The notes below the pieces were generated by a model. The model saw nothing but the letters and a program-made list of their open reading frames with translations, was not told where the DNA came from and did no database searches. Shown here piece after piece: positions 1-12,146 of a DNA stretch of 64,000 nt. Both the position numbers and the translations under genes were made by a program. Source of the DNA: Sporopachydermia quercuum (lineage: Eukaryota); contig BCGN01000004.1 of the NCBI GenBank assembly GCA_001599295.1, positions 1,303,676 through 1,367,675 of the forward strand, in the 5' to 3' direction. Numbering within the stretch: the first letter of the stretch is position 1; each line of letters opens with the position of its first letter.

Positions 1-25
1 AAGAGCCAATCCTTCATTGAACTAA

Positions 26-1435
26 TTAGGTTACAAGAGGGGTGCCGCTGGTTTGACTTTCAGTAGAAGGTCTTGCCTCTGAACCAAATGCAGTAGATGT
101 TCCATACCTTGTTGTTGTTGAACTCTTTTTACGTCTAGCAAGCTGTGTAAGGTATTTCAGGGCTTCTTCATTCCTTTTCTCCCTCTTTGCTATTCTCTTC
201 TGTTGTAATGCCAAAGGGACGAAAGGTAACCTGTTGTATTTCTCTTCATACCATAAATTGTAAATAACAGCTATCACAACATACCAGTAGATATTATAAG
301 AAATAACAGAACCATAGGTTGCAGAATTTTGCCATCCAAGGATGGCATTGAAAATCATCCAACCTCCATCTATTTCACCATTACAACAGTTTACATGCCA
401 TACACTTTTCGATATGTCGTAACTACCAGGCCCAGATCCAACCTCTGACAAATCTTGTCCAACTGCANTGATGTACTGCTGTAATTCAAAAAACCAGACT
501 CCTTTAGAGAATAAACCTGCAGCAACAAGATATAAGAAACAAGTAGATATAATCAAAAACGTCTTTAGAGAAAGATTGTTTCCTCCTTTGTACATCAAAA
601 AGCCAACACCAGCACCGACAGATAAGCCAGCAAGAATAGCTAACGGGAATGCAGATACAGGTTGGTTGACACCAATACCTCCAATAAATACTACGGCTTC
701 TAGTCCTTCTCTCAAAGTAGTGACAAAAGGAAGTAAAGCCATAGCATACTTTTCAGTAAACAATTTGACATAGTGTTTCCATTTCTTTTTTCGTCTTGTT
801 GCAACAGACGCAACAGTTCCAACTCTTGTAAACCCTCCTCTATGGAAATCTTCATTGGCAAATAATGACTTTGCCAGTTTCACTTTCCATTTATTTTGAA
901 GCTTATTAACTCTCAATAGAGCCAATCCCATAACCGATATAACTAAAGATGAGACAATAGAGAAAACTGCTTCCCAATACCTTTCTGTTGCTGCATATAA
1001 ATCAGTATGAATAGTATAAAAGACGAAGATGAAAAACCCACCGACTATCATACAGATAAATAATCCTCCAAATGCTCCGACCCAAATTTGATTTCTCAGA
1101 GTTTTATAAATATTAGCTGAAGTAATAGCAATTCTTTCACTATCTGAATCTACCTCATTACTCTGCTCAATAACATCTGATAAGGGAACATTTGTAGAAC
1201 TAATTCTCCGTAATTCATTATCGTCATCAGCATCAGCATCAGCATCACCTGACAGCAATGCTTGATTGCTCGTATCATTGTTTGCTTGTTGATCTTCACG
1301 GGCCTTTTTCAGACTCTCTGGGCTCAACTCTTGCTTCAGATATGATAACAATACTGATATGATGATTGCTGATTCTAAGGTTTCTCTTAGAATGATGAAG
1401 AAAATTTCTACTGAGAAATAGTCTTCTGCAACCAT
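26..1435 (-). CDS. FTH1: Iron permease, FTR1/FTH1 family (probably the vacuolar Fth1 type)
   Basis: Two RExxE iron-binding motifs (RETLE, REGLE), multiple TM helices, GPGSYDI..SVWHVNCCN and ILGWQNSATYGS family blocks, and a long acidic loop after TM1. The ORF track starts at TTG 1444; the first ATG is at 1435. FTH1 versus FTR1 is inferred. Confidence 0.85.
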   Translation of the reverse strand: MVAEDYFSVEIFFIILRETLESAIIISVLLSYLKQELSPESLKKAREDQQANNDTSNQALLSGDADADADDDNELRRISSTNVPLSDVIEQSNEVDSDSERIAITSANIYKTLRNQIWVGAFGGLFICMIVGGFFIFVFYTIHTDLYAATERYWEAVFSIVSSLVISVMGLALLRVNKLQNKWKVKLAKSLFANEDFHRGGFTRVGTVASVATRRKKKWKHYVKLFTEKYAMALLPFVTTLREGLEAVVFIGGIGVNQPVSAFPLAILAGLSVGAGVGFLMYKGGNNLSLKTFLIISTCFLYLVAAGLFSKGVWFFELQQYIXAVGQDLSEVGSGPGSYDISKSVWHVNCCNGEIDGGWMIFNAILGWQNSATYGSVISYNIYWYVVIAVIYNLWYEEKYNRLPFVPLALQQKRIAKREKRNEEALKYLTQLARRKKSSTTTRYGTSTAFGSEARPSTESQTSGTPLVT

Positions 1436-2835
1436 TTTGTCCAACCTTCGTTCCTCTCAAAAAAACAGCAAACTGCGATTAACACCAACTTACTGATTTT
1501 CACAAGCAAGGTGTCACCCCAATTCTTACTTTCTTCAATTTCAAACCCAAATGCTCTGCCTCGTTGTAATAATATCTTATCTTTATTGAAGAAGCTATCA
1601 AAATAGTGCGATCAATTTGTTAAATGGGTGCTGTATGGTTCTGATAGAGATTCAGATTACTTGTTCATCAAATGGTCGTTCGATGGTATACCAATGCTAT
1701 GCTTCATGAAATATAGAAAAATACTCGAAATAGGCAGGTNTTAATGGTAAATCAAGTAAATCAGCGAATAAGAGGCAAACTAATCATCTATCAAACGAAA
1801 TGTTTCGGCATTTATATCCTTCGTGAGCCACGATTATGAATTAGAAGAAAGTGTCCCAGAACCCCTTTTCATTCTCATTTATTTTTTCTTTTCACCTTGC
1901 CTTGAATGCTCATGGTATAATAGTAAATAAGGTTCAACCATAAATGAGAAAAATGCATAAACGTTAAAGCTAAAACTAATTAGACTGAAGAGATGAAGTG
2001 AGAAACAGTGATACCTACTGTAATGATTATCTAAGATGGAAAACAGATTAAAAGAGCGGGAAAGAGTATTGGGATCAAAAGATACAATAAATAGGCCTAC
2101 TTTGATCTTTTCAGTGGTCTCTTACGATGATGCTCAACTTGAATGAACTCTTTCTGTCCCTTGTTCAAAAGTTTGTCTCGGACAGGGAGAATTGTCTCTA
2201 GACGTTCCTGACCTAAAGTCATGTCCTCTAGGTTTGTTTAATTTCAGGGTCGAGGGCAATTCAGAAAATAATTGATATTGGCTAGTTAAATTAAGGCGCA
2301 AAAGTCAAGTCAAGCTCCAGCAGAGCTTAAGATCTAAAAGACTTCAGTTTTACCATGGTCGGCTAGTTCTCACTCATTGGTACTGATGGGAAAGATAAAA
2401 TGAGTAGCTTAAAACATTTATGTCCGAATGAACCAAATAAAAAAATTGCGGACCATAGTGTCCGAGAAAAGAATCGGGCGATGTGATGTACTAAACTCCA
2501 ACAAACCCAAACAATTGATAATAGTATTTTATTCATGATAGACTGTCAATAATCAGTCATGGTAAAGTGAATACACGAGGAAAACTCCCCCCTCAACTAG
2601 AATGCAGTTGATGGAGAACAGGTAGTTCGAACGCATCTATCACAATGATTTATTATGGCTGTCAGTATGCAATTGAGAATCAAGCAAAATACTCATTAAA
2701 AAAGATAACTATTCATTAAAACTAATCAAAAACAATCCTTATTTTTCCAAACCATTAAACATGAAATAACATTATCATTAAATACAGAAAAGCAGATAAA
2801 ATAGATTTATCTCCGAGACGATCTAAGAGATCAAA

Positions 2836-4536
2836 TTAACCGTAGCAAAATTCGAAACCTTGGTACCCATTACTTGCGCACCAATCACATTTGTCTAAAT
2901 AATCTGGTAACCCTCCAACATAATTCAGAGCTTCCACTGGTTTACCAGGAATATTAGCACCCATATACCAAGATTTGGCTAACGGCAGTAAACTCGTTTG
3001 ACATAATTGATTAACATAGGTGGTCCATTCTGATTCTGCTTGTCTTGAAGCAACAATGTATTTTATATTTTCAGCCTTGCGATGTTGCATCATTAGCTGA
3101 GTGATCCATTCTGCCTGTGCTTCAATACAACTTGGCCCATTGCAAAAAGCAGTTGGTGCTTGAGCGCCATAAGTAAAAAACATATTAGGGAAATCAGCAA
3201 CAGTCAAACCGAGATATGTGCTTGTTCTCTCTTTCCATTTATCTTTAATTGATAATCCGTTCAACCCACGAATATCAATTTGAGTCATTCCACCTGTAAC
3301 TGAGTCAAAACCTGTAGCCAATATCAGCAGGTCAATAGGATAAAATTTACCGTCTGTTGCAACACAACCGTCTTTTCTAAATTCTTGAATATTCGTTGAG
3401 TTGCAATCTATCAAATGTACATTTGGCTTATTGAATTGCTCAAAATAATTTGTTTCCAAGCTTGGTCTTTTAGTTCCAAAAGGATGTGGAGCTACCTCAG
3501 GTGCCAAAATTTTCGCTTTCTTCGGATCTATTATTCGAGCTCTCGTTTTCTTTTTCCAGAATTCATATACATAATGATTTGCTTCTTTATTGAATAAAAT
3601 ATCATAATAGTTCCCTAACCAAAAACCAAAACCTCCTTTCTCAAACAACAGTTCAAAGAAAGCCTCTCGCTCCTCGGCTGTAACTGAAAGGCAAGACTTA
3701 TCGTTCCAACTAAATTCCATTCCTGAAAACGTTTGCCGGCGAAGTTTATACACCTCTTGATATAGTTCTTTATCTTCCAAATCTTGTGAACGAACCAGAT
3801 TTAGTTTCTTTTGTTGCATAGGAATGCAGAAATTTGGTGTCCTTTGGAACACATACATGTTTTTGAAACTATTTTCGTTACCGATCTCTTGTATGATCTG
3901 CACACCAGTCGCCCCAGTACCTATTACAGCTATATTTCTGTCTTTAAACAGAACTTTTTTATTCATTTCCAGAGGCCAGTCAGTTGTGTGATACCTCTCA
4001 CCTTTGTAAAGATAAAGACTTTTTATGTCAGGAATATACTTCTTTGATGCAAATCCCAAGCAAGGGAGGAAGAATTTACATCTACCTATCAAAGAATTTT
4101 TAGTTTCACTCTTCTCATTTGTTGAAAATGAACTGTTACTACTATTGTTTTTCCTACCATAAACTTCCCAAAGATTCAGATCTTCATTCCAAACAGCCTT
4201 CGATACAAAAAAATTCAATGTGACATCTTTCATAAGATTTAATTTACTATCAACATGCTTGAAATAGTTTTGTAATTCTCTCCAACCAGGGAACTTTTCA
4301 GTCCACTTCCAATCTTTCCATAGCTCATTACCAGATAACTCATACACTGGAATTGAGCTATCAACTCTTGCACCTGGATATCGATTATTGCACCAAGTTC
4401 CTCCTAATGATGAACCAGCATCAACAACATGCACATTAAAACCTTCTTGGCGTAATCTTTGTAGTAAATAAACTCCTGAGAATCCTGCTCCAACAATAAT
4501 TGCATCGTACTGCTCAACAGTCATTTTGTTAGCCAT
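2836..4536 (-). CDS. Type I Baeyer-Villiger monooxygenase (cyclopentanone/cyclohexanone monooxygenase-like)
   Basis: GAGFSG and GTGATG Rossmann motifs, GGTWxxNRYPGARVD, BVMO fingerprint variant YKGERYHTTDWP, ATGFD, KRP and SWYMGANIPGKP. Intronless, 566 aa. Confidence 0.92.
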   Translation of the reverse strand: MANKMTVEQYDAIIVGAGFSGVYLLQRLRQEGFNVHVVDAGSSLGGTWCNNRYPGARVDSSIPVYELSGNELWKDWKWTEKFPGWRELQNYFKHVDSKLNLMKDVTLNFFVSKAVWNEDLNLWEVYGRKNNSSNSSFSTNEKSETKNSLIGRCKFFLPCLGFASKKYIPDIKSLYLYKGERYHTTDWPLEMNKKVLFKDRNIAVIGTGATGVQIIQEIGNENSFKNMYVFQRTPNFCIPMQQKKLNLVRSQDLEDKELYQEVYKLRRQTFSGMEFSWNDKSCLSVTAEEREAFFELLFEKGGFGFWLGNYYDILFNKEANHYVYEFWKKKTRARIIDPKKAKILAPEVAPHPFGTKRPSLETNYFEQFNKPNVHLIDCNSTNIQEFRKDGCVATDGKFYPIDLLILATGFDSVTGGMTQIDIRGLNGLSIKDKWKERTSTYLGLTVADFPNMFFTYGAQAPTAFCNGPSCIEAQAEWITQLMMQHRKAENIKYIVASRQAESEWTTYVNQLCQTSLLPLAKSWYMGANIPGKPVEALNYVGGLPDYLDKCDWCASNGYQGFEFCYG

Positions 4537-7492
4537 TGATGTTACCTGACACCTATTTGAAATTTGATTATGTCTATTGAATCAGACTTCAGTAAGATTC
4601 ACTGAGGTGATAAAGCATTGCTTTTCTGTCAGCAATTTTTATTGAGTAACTATTTATTGTTGCTTTAACTGATCAGTTCTAAATATTTTGATATTCCTAC
4701 AAATGATAGATTTTATTCAAGCAGTTCGTGATTATCTTCATTGACAATAATAACAAAGAGTATTAAAACGAATTGTGGAGTGGATGGAAGGTGTAGAAGA
4801 GGATTTGTTCGATAATAAATGTAGTATTTCACTTAGTGCTGGGGAGAAATAAGGTTTACACATACGTATTGACTGAAACTTAAACACATCAACCTGAACC
4901 TAACTTTAACTTGCTTACGATGAAGCTGCGTGTGAAGGTAGTTGGGAGGTAATTCAAGACGAATAGTAGTAAGTAGAGGATATCAAGTTTTTTATCTAAG
5001 TATTTGAATAATTAGAAGTCCTCTAAGTAATCACTTCTTATCCATACATTTTTTATTTTTATTTTTTATTTTATATGATTGGGTACCTTTCTACTCGAAT
5101 AATGCAATAGAGTCATCTAGTATTAGAGGATGTGATAATCAAACTCGAGATAATCATAAAGCTAATGCTCATTNTTTAGCTGAAGACCATCGGACGAATT
5201 GAAAAACCATAATACTTCCTGAAATCATACTGCTGTTACTGGAGCAAAAGATTTCACTAATCATTCTACTGAGTGGTTCCTAATCCATTCTATAATTCCA
5301 ATATGTTTATTTACTCAACGACATGAATTGTCCTCTCTGGCCCCGCTAATAATTGGAAGAAGTCTAGAGACGATCTAAAGACACACAAGTAAGGTTTGTA
5401 TACGCTTTCTTGACCAAATTTCAATTGCGAACTTTAATCTCAACTCAGGTTTATCCCCACATTTCACTTACAGGTAAAAATGTTTTGACGAAAACCTTTT
5501 TAATGACAGTTGATGGTTGTTAATTATAATGCACACATAGTATCAACAGATCTAATGAGTTGTTGAAGCTTTAAGGACTAACTCTTATATTTATCTTCTC
5601 ATATTAGTTTATTTAGTTAGCTACTGAATCATAACTCCAAAATTATTCTGCTTTCTCTTGCTGTAGTGTGAACGATGAAAGATGTCATTTTACTAGAAGC
5701 AGATAGATTCTGGAACCCACCTCCAGGCTAGGGTTGGAAACTAGATAGTTGATGAAACCTTTAACAAATTGAAATCCAGGTGTGATGGTACAAAGAAAGC
5801 AAAAAAAGAGAAAAATTATTGTCCATACAATTCATAATGAACATGAGCACCATCAAGGAGATACCTAGCACATATAATTCTACTACTAGTAGTGGGAATT
5901 CACTTAAAACGTAAATATTAACGATCTGACAGAGTGGAAGATGGTATAAATATTAGACTATACATTCTTCATATAGTTGAGCTAAAGCAATGATATACTA
6001 TCATCAAGTTGTAGTTGGGAATACAAAATTTAGTCCTTTTAGGATACTTCTCTTCACTGGGAAATAAATTAGAAGCTGGATAAAGGTCGACCAATTACAG
6101 ATCTTAAAACATGATATAGTGATTAATAGTGCTTGAATGAAACAATTGGTATTCCTTTTTTAATTTGTTTTCTTCTTAACGAAAGCAATACATTTTGCGG
6201 GGTATTATAGTGCGTGTTGTCGAGTGTACCGAAGCGGTGAGTGAATGAGGGACAAATTTGACAGGGAATAAGGAAGAAAGAAAGAAAAAAAGAAAATGCA
6301 GTGGATTTGAAGTGGGCCTGAATAAAACAATGGCTCATAGCTTTAAGGATTTGAAAGCTTTCTCTTGAAGATAAATGAAAGATTAAGATGATGGATTGTA
6401 TATAATGTAGATCGGTAGGCGAATTTGAAGTCATTCATCCACCAGAATATTACCATCTTGCTGAGACGACGCAAGCACATTCTTAGTAAGTGTTTAACAG
6501 GACAGGGGTTTAATAAAGCGTACAATATAAGTATTGACCGTTACTGAACATATACGAATTCAACTAATAACTTTGGTTAGTAGCTTCTACTACAAAGAAG
6601 GTAAGTATAGTCGCTTTCTTTTTAGTGCGGGTACCCTTGACGAGCATCTGTCATTCAGAAAAAGTATGTTGCGATTGACTGGAATTCCATTGAACAAAAT
6701 TGGAAATTCTACGGCTCGTATATTCTAAAAGAGTAATTCAACTCCTACATAATAGTTTAGATTGATCAAAAAGCTGTAGCCACAGAACCTTCAAACCTTA
6801 GTGAGATTCTTCGAACCTTATGAGCAATTAGCACTGCCGGGCGAAGGAATGTAATGTCCTGTCTTCATAGATTCTCACCAATCAACCACTTACAAAGCGA
6901 GCATCCAACTTTTATTAATATATAACAGCCAAAGCTTTCGCATGCAGCGTAGAAAGCNTTTTCATTCCAGTAAACCACTGAAAATGATTGATTTACCGTT
7001 CTTTTATTCACAAGGAAAATCCAAAATTGAACTATTTGTAGAGAGCCCATAAATATACCGAACATCTCCATTTAATAAATATTACATCATCAAAAACTAT
7101 TGACAATGCAGTATACTGCATTAATTGCATATTTATACATATGTCCCATTACTTGGTCAATTCCTTTCTTCCATTCTGAGAGTCTTCTCCTCAGTCCTTT
7201 TTCTATAAAGAAACGATTCATGGCTAAGAGAAAGAATAGGGATCAGTAAACTATATAGAAAGTAAAATAAGCAACTCCCAATCGCTCATCATGGTTATGA
7301 TACATTAGTAGTTTAACTAAGTATCAAATTTCTTGTAAAATTGTTATTCTACAAAGTTGAAAACCCGGAGCCAATTCAATAATCATATGCGTTAGATAGG
7401 TTCAGACAGTCATTCAGGTCATATACTACAAGGCAGCACACAGATTATTTACTGATTTCGGAGGAATCCAAAGAAGTAACACAATCAACGAG

Positions 7493-9097
7493 ATGGAGAG
7501 TCAAAAATCCTCGTCGTCAAGATATTCAGCGAGTAGGCATGCAATTACGGCACCGTCAGTTGAAGCACCACAAACAGCTGGATCACTGAGTCAACCTGAA
7601 TTGAGATTCAAAAGAGAGTATACTGGCTGTTCAACCCTGGAAGCTACATATAATTTAGAGAACTTATTAGGCGAAGGTACTTTTGGTAAAGTATATAAAG
7701 GAAGCCATAAGAAAACCAAACAAGTTGTTGCTTTGAAGAACATATTAGTCCATAGCAGTAAAGATGGGTTTCCAGTCACATCTCTTAGAGAGATTATTGC
7801 AATGAAAGAGCTTAACCATATAAATAGTATGCCATTAATAGAAATGGCAGTGAAAGGAGCATTATTAAATCCAAGATCGAGAAAATCAACGTCAAGTCTG
7901 AAAGCTGCTGTATCTGATGATACTATCGATCCATTTTACATGGTTACTCCTTACATGTCGTATGATCTTACTGGATTGCTAGAGAATCCAAATGTTCATC
8001 TTCAAATTCCACACATCAAATGTTTCATGAAACAGCTATTAGAAGGCATGAAATATATCCATAGTGCAGGATATATGCATCGTGATATCAAGGCTTCTAA
8101 TCTACTAATAGATTCGTCTGGTGTTCTGAAAATCGGTGATTTTGGTTTAGCTCGTAAATTCAGAGGAAAGAGACCAACTGGTTCACATCATGGAGGTCAA
8201 ATTCCCGATAAAGTTAAATACACAGCTCTAGTGGTAACAAGATGGTATAGAGCACCTGAACTTGTTCTAAGAGATGCTTGTTATACTACTGCAGTAGATA
8301 TGTGGAGTGTTGGATGTGTCTTTGGAGAGATGTTCAAGAAGAAACCTATTTTGCAGGGAACAAGTGACATTGATCAGGGACATCGCATTTTTCGTTTAGT
8401 TGGTGGACCTTTTGATTTGGCTGCTTGGAAGGAGTTACCAAATTGGCCTCAATATGAGAAGGAAGAGTATCCTTTAAGAGGGTCGTTAGAAGAGGATTTT
8501 TCAAGCCTTGACACAGTATCGAAGTCTCTACTAAGAGCTCTACTAAGATTAGACCCTTTAACAAGATTAACAGCAGAGAAAGCATTGTTGCATCCTTTTT
8601 TTGAAACAGATCCTTTGCCATGCTTACCACAAGAAATTCCACAGTTTGAAGAGTCTCACGAGAAAGATATGAAGAAGTTTGATGAAATGAGGAAAGGATC
8701 ACAACATATTACTCCACATAAACCTTTACCATTTTCGAAATCGAGTCATGAAACATACAGACCAAGAAGTTTGTTACAGTCCCGCGTGCTTTTTGGCGAC
8801 AAATTACCATCTCGCCCTATTCATAATTGGAACAGAGAAAATAGAGACAGGGGTCGTTGGGAGGAAAAGAAAGGTTCTTCTCATAATTTGCAGAACAGTG
8901 GCGGGGAAAGTGAGTCTCAAATTCCTAACTCTACCAAGCGTATTAATAATGTTTATAAGAATAACAATAACAAACGAGATTGGAGCTCCACTAGATCTGG
9001 TCCTAATAATGATGTGCATGGTTCTACAACAAGTGCTGCATCGTCTACAAAAGCGACACCTAGTAAAAAGACTCGATCGTTACCATGGAATAACTAG
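7493..9097 (+). CDS. BUR1: Transcription elongation CDK Bur1/Sgv1 (CDK9-like)
   Basis: GEGTFG, GFPVTSLREI, HRDIKASN, DFGLAR, YTALVVTRWYRAPEL and the post-kinase FEESHE block, followed by a low-complexity tail. Confidence 0.88.
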   Translation: MESQKSSSSRYSASRHAITAPSVEAPQTAGSLSQPELRFKREYTGCSTLEATYNLENLLGEGTFGKVYKGSHKKTKQVVALKNILVHSSKDGFPVTSLREIIAMKELNHINSMPLIEMAVKGALLNPRSRKSTSSLKAAVSDDTIDPFYMVTPYMSYDLTGLLENPNVHLQIPHIKCFMKQLLEGMKYIHSAGYMHRDIKASNLLIDSSGVLKIGDFGLARKFRGKRPTGSHHGGQIPDKVKYTALVVTRWYRAPELVLRDACYTTAVDMWSVGCVFGEMFKKKPILQGTSDIDQGHRIFRLVGGPFDLAAWKELPNWPQYEKEEYPLRGSLEEDFSSLDTVSKSLLRALLRLDPLTRLTAEKALLHPFFETDPLPCLPQEIPQFEESHEKDMKKFDEMRKGSQHITPHKPLPFSKSSHETYRPRSLLQSRVLFGDKLPSRPIHNWNRENRDRGRWEEKKGSSHNLQNSGGESESQIPNSTKRINNVYKNNNNKRDWSSTRSGPNNDVHGSTTSAASSTKATPSKKTRSLPWNN

Positions 9098-9423
9098 AGT
9101 ATTCTATAGATTATGTTGATTAATTTTGGAAGGGACTAGAATAATTGCATGAATAAGAATTCTCTAACGTTTTAGGCCTTTCTTCGATCGATTTGCATAC
9201 TATTTTATTAGTAATATCTCGTCGTTTAACAGTGTAAATATATACTATCATCAACATATACTAATAAAATCCNGCCATTTAAAGCATATCAGCTACAAAA
9301 TCATACAATACTTTAGATACTACTACCAACCCTTTCTTTTATTAAGTCATAAATGCTTTTCTATGTACAAGACTTTCCCTTTGTTTATGCTTATTTTATT
9401 CTATGAATGCTGAACTTTTTCAA

Positions 9424-10788
9424 CTACTTCACTTTCCCATTACTACTTTTCTTCAAATCATCTAATATGGGTTTCGTCAAAAAAGCATTATTAACAGTTG
9501 AACGAAGCTTCTCGGACATCATTGTCACTTTCTGTATTCTATGCAAATTCCTTAGTCCTGAAAATAATACCAAAAGAACAACTCCTCCGCAGAATGATGA
9601 AACAAATAGAAAAGCGGAACTTGCTTCTTCTATAAAATTTTTAAGATTCATTCCATATAAAGAAGCAAAAAATGCCCCTGCACCCAATGCTAAGGTACCA
9701 ATAGAAAATCTTAAGCCTAACAACATTAATTGATTTCTATTAGCATCTAGAATAATATTAACAATTTCTTCAGTGCTCCTGATGTTGGAGATAAGATTAC
9801 CAACTGTTTGAACAATTTCATCACAGTGCTTATAGTAGGATTCTAATAACATTTCAACTTCTGCATGATCTGATTCTTTTCTTGGTTTTCCTGAAGCTTT
9901 CTCTGTTAAGTACATCCCAGCTAAATCATCATCTTGATCTAATAGTTCGTCTATCACATCACGAATTAATTGAGCTTTCTGATAGAAAGCAGTAAGCTTT
10001 TTACTTTGAATTAATAAATACCTAAGCTTTTCACGGTCAATATAATCTTCTAACTCAGCAAGAATGCCATTGATTACTGTTGTGTGAACTTTCATTTCAG
10101 CATCAAGAGTTGTTACCACACTAAAGAAAATAGCTTCCAAAGCACGGAACTCATATGGTAAACCTTTGTTTACACCATTCTTCTGTCGTAACTTCCCACC
10201 TAAGTCATACATAAACAAACTCTGAGTATGCGAATCTGCACTACCATATGAATCAAATATTATCACCATATCACTTTTAACTAAAGCCCGTATATGAAGC
10301 AAACTGATAAGTATCGAATTTGTTCTCACAAGGATAGAAGGAACTATATCGTTCACACCTTTGTCGATTTTTCGGAGATCTCGTGGTAGTAAACCATGCT
10401 TTGATAACAGTTCACTACGTTTAAATTCACCAGATACAACCGTCACATTACCATGAGGATCAAAAACCGTACACCTTAGTAAGCTATTTGATTCATTGAT
10501 TGGTTTATGAGATAACGATCTTTGTAGTATAACATCATTAAGATCCAATTTGCTAGGATCACTGTTTTTGCTGTTTAGTATTCCATAATGTCTGACCACC
10601 TGGTTGTTTACTAAATCAAGTTGTTTATTGTATGATTGATCTCGCTGTCTGAACTTATGAGGGTTTGGTAGCGCCTTAGGGATAGCACTCCAGTGATGTG
10701 TACTATTTGCTATCAAAAACCTATTAAAGATAGACAATCTGCAAGTAGTGAAAAATCTTACAGGGTTCGTTGTCACTTTCAAAGGCAT
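9424..10788 (-). CDS. MRS2: Mitochondrial inner-membrane Mg2+ channel (CorA/Mrs2 family)
   Basis: LLPRDLRKID, LPYEFRALE, EMLLESY, LDANRN, two C-terminal TMs with YGMN, and an N-terminus resembling a mitochondrial presequence. Confidence 0.9.
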   Translation of the reverse strand: MPLKVTTNPVRFFTTCRLSIFNRFLIANSTHHWSAIPKALPNPHKFRQRDQSYNKQLDLVNNQVVRHYGILNSKNSDPSKLDLNDVILQRSLSHKPINESNSLLRCTVFDPHGNVTVVSGEFKRSELLSKHGLLPRDLRKIDKGVNDIVPSILVRTNSILISLLHIRALVKSDMVIIFDSYGSADSHTQSLFMYDLGGKLRQKNGVNKGLPYEFRALEAIFFSVVTTLDAEMKVHTTVINGILAELEDYIDREKLRYLLIQSKKLTAFYQKAQLIRDVIDELLDQDDDLAGMYLTEKASGKPRKESDHAEVEMLLESYYKHCDEIVQTVGNLISNIRSTEEIVNIILDANRNQLMLLGLRFSIGTLALGAGAFFASLYGMNLKNFIEEASSAFLFVSSFCGGVVLLVLFSGLRNLHRIQKVTMMSEKLRSTVNNAFLTKPILDDLKKSSNGKVK

Positions 10789-12146
10789 CTTGCGATGTTT
10801 TCAATCTGAGGATGTCAAGCTGGGTGACCTCCTAAGCACAGTGAATGTGGTCAGTTTTAATATGATTGTTTTATTGACCAGAAGACTTTGATCCAATTCA
10901 ACTGTTGTTCAACAATGCCAATCCAATAGGTTGATAACTCAATACAAAATGATTCAAACATAAAAAATCGACTCCCAAATCGTGGAATAACTGAATCCAC
11001 TACAATGAATACTGAGAGAACTAAAAATACAGAAAATGATATGATGGTTCTAAATGGTATAGAAATGTGAAGATTTCAGCAATATTATACATTAAATAAC
11101 AGGAAACCAAATGCTTAGTTATAATGCTTGAATGCTGTAAACCACAAAAAAAGAGATAAAATTTGTAATGTTTGTTGACCAGAGTAAGTACATGTTAAAT
11201 TAAAAAAATATGCATGATTCTGCAATATTATGTGAGATAAGATTCATTTTGGTTGTTAGCTACCATCAATGGTGGGAAAAGAATCTCTATTGTACTTATT
11301 TTTTCTTTGAATAATAATATAGAGTTAAACAATAATTCTGGTTAAAGAAGACTATTGAATCACAACAAAGCAAACAAAAAACAATGAGAATTTTATCTCA
11401 TCAAAAGACTCTCAGAAAAGCAAACTTTCAAGAAGGAAAATCTCCAGTTTTGTCTCGGGATGTCATGATGAGGATAATATATTCAAGCGATTTCAAATTA
11501 TTACAGTACCTTCACTCACTAATTTATTCTTTTTGCGAAAGAAATAATATTATTAGTTTTTAACTTTTGACATTAGGAGATGTAAATTTTAGAAGATAAT
11601 TGGAATGATTCTACTACTTTATCCTGTATTGTGAGCTAAGTACAGTGAAGACTCGGCGATAAACATCTGCTATTCGTGTCCCGGGGTAAATTGTACCGTT
11701 AGGAATCCTTTCTAAGCTCCGGAATCAGCTGAATTTAAGAACTTCTGACATATACACTTCAATAGAAGCATTGTATATACAAAAATTTTATTAAAAAACA
11801 AACAAACAAACTCATCGGTTGTTCATAGACCTAGTAAGTAAAATAGAAAGGAAAAATTCACTTATACAATCCAGAAATCNTTGAATGTCACACCGAGTCC
11901 TGACAGAAACTAGATCATATTGTTTTTTAACTCCTGGTGTGACAATTTTCATTCTCATTAACTATCGAAACCCTTTCATTAAGAAGCGCATCAAACAAAT
12001 CATAACTATTCAGTTTACTACTGATCATATGACTTGAATTTCAATAAAGGTAGATATATCAAAACGATTAGGTAAGATAAGTATTAGTTAAGTATGTACC
12101 ATATACATTAGGACAAACTATAATACATCACAATCTGNCTTCACCA

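Noticed and set aside
26..2835. Expected divergent FET3/FET5 multicopper oxidase partner and Aft1 sites for the iron permease
   Set aside because: No oxidase ORF upstream. AGCACCC near 1626-1632 mismatches TGCACCC and occurs once.
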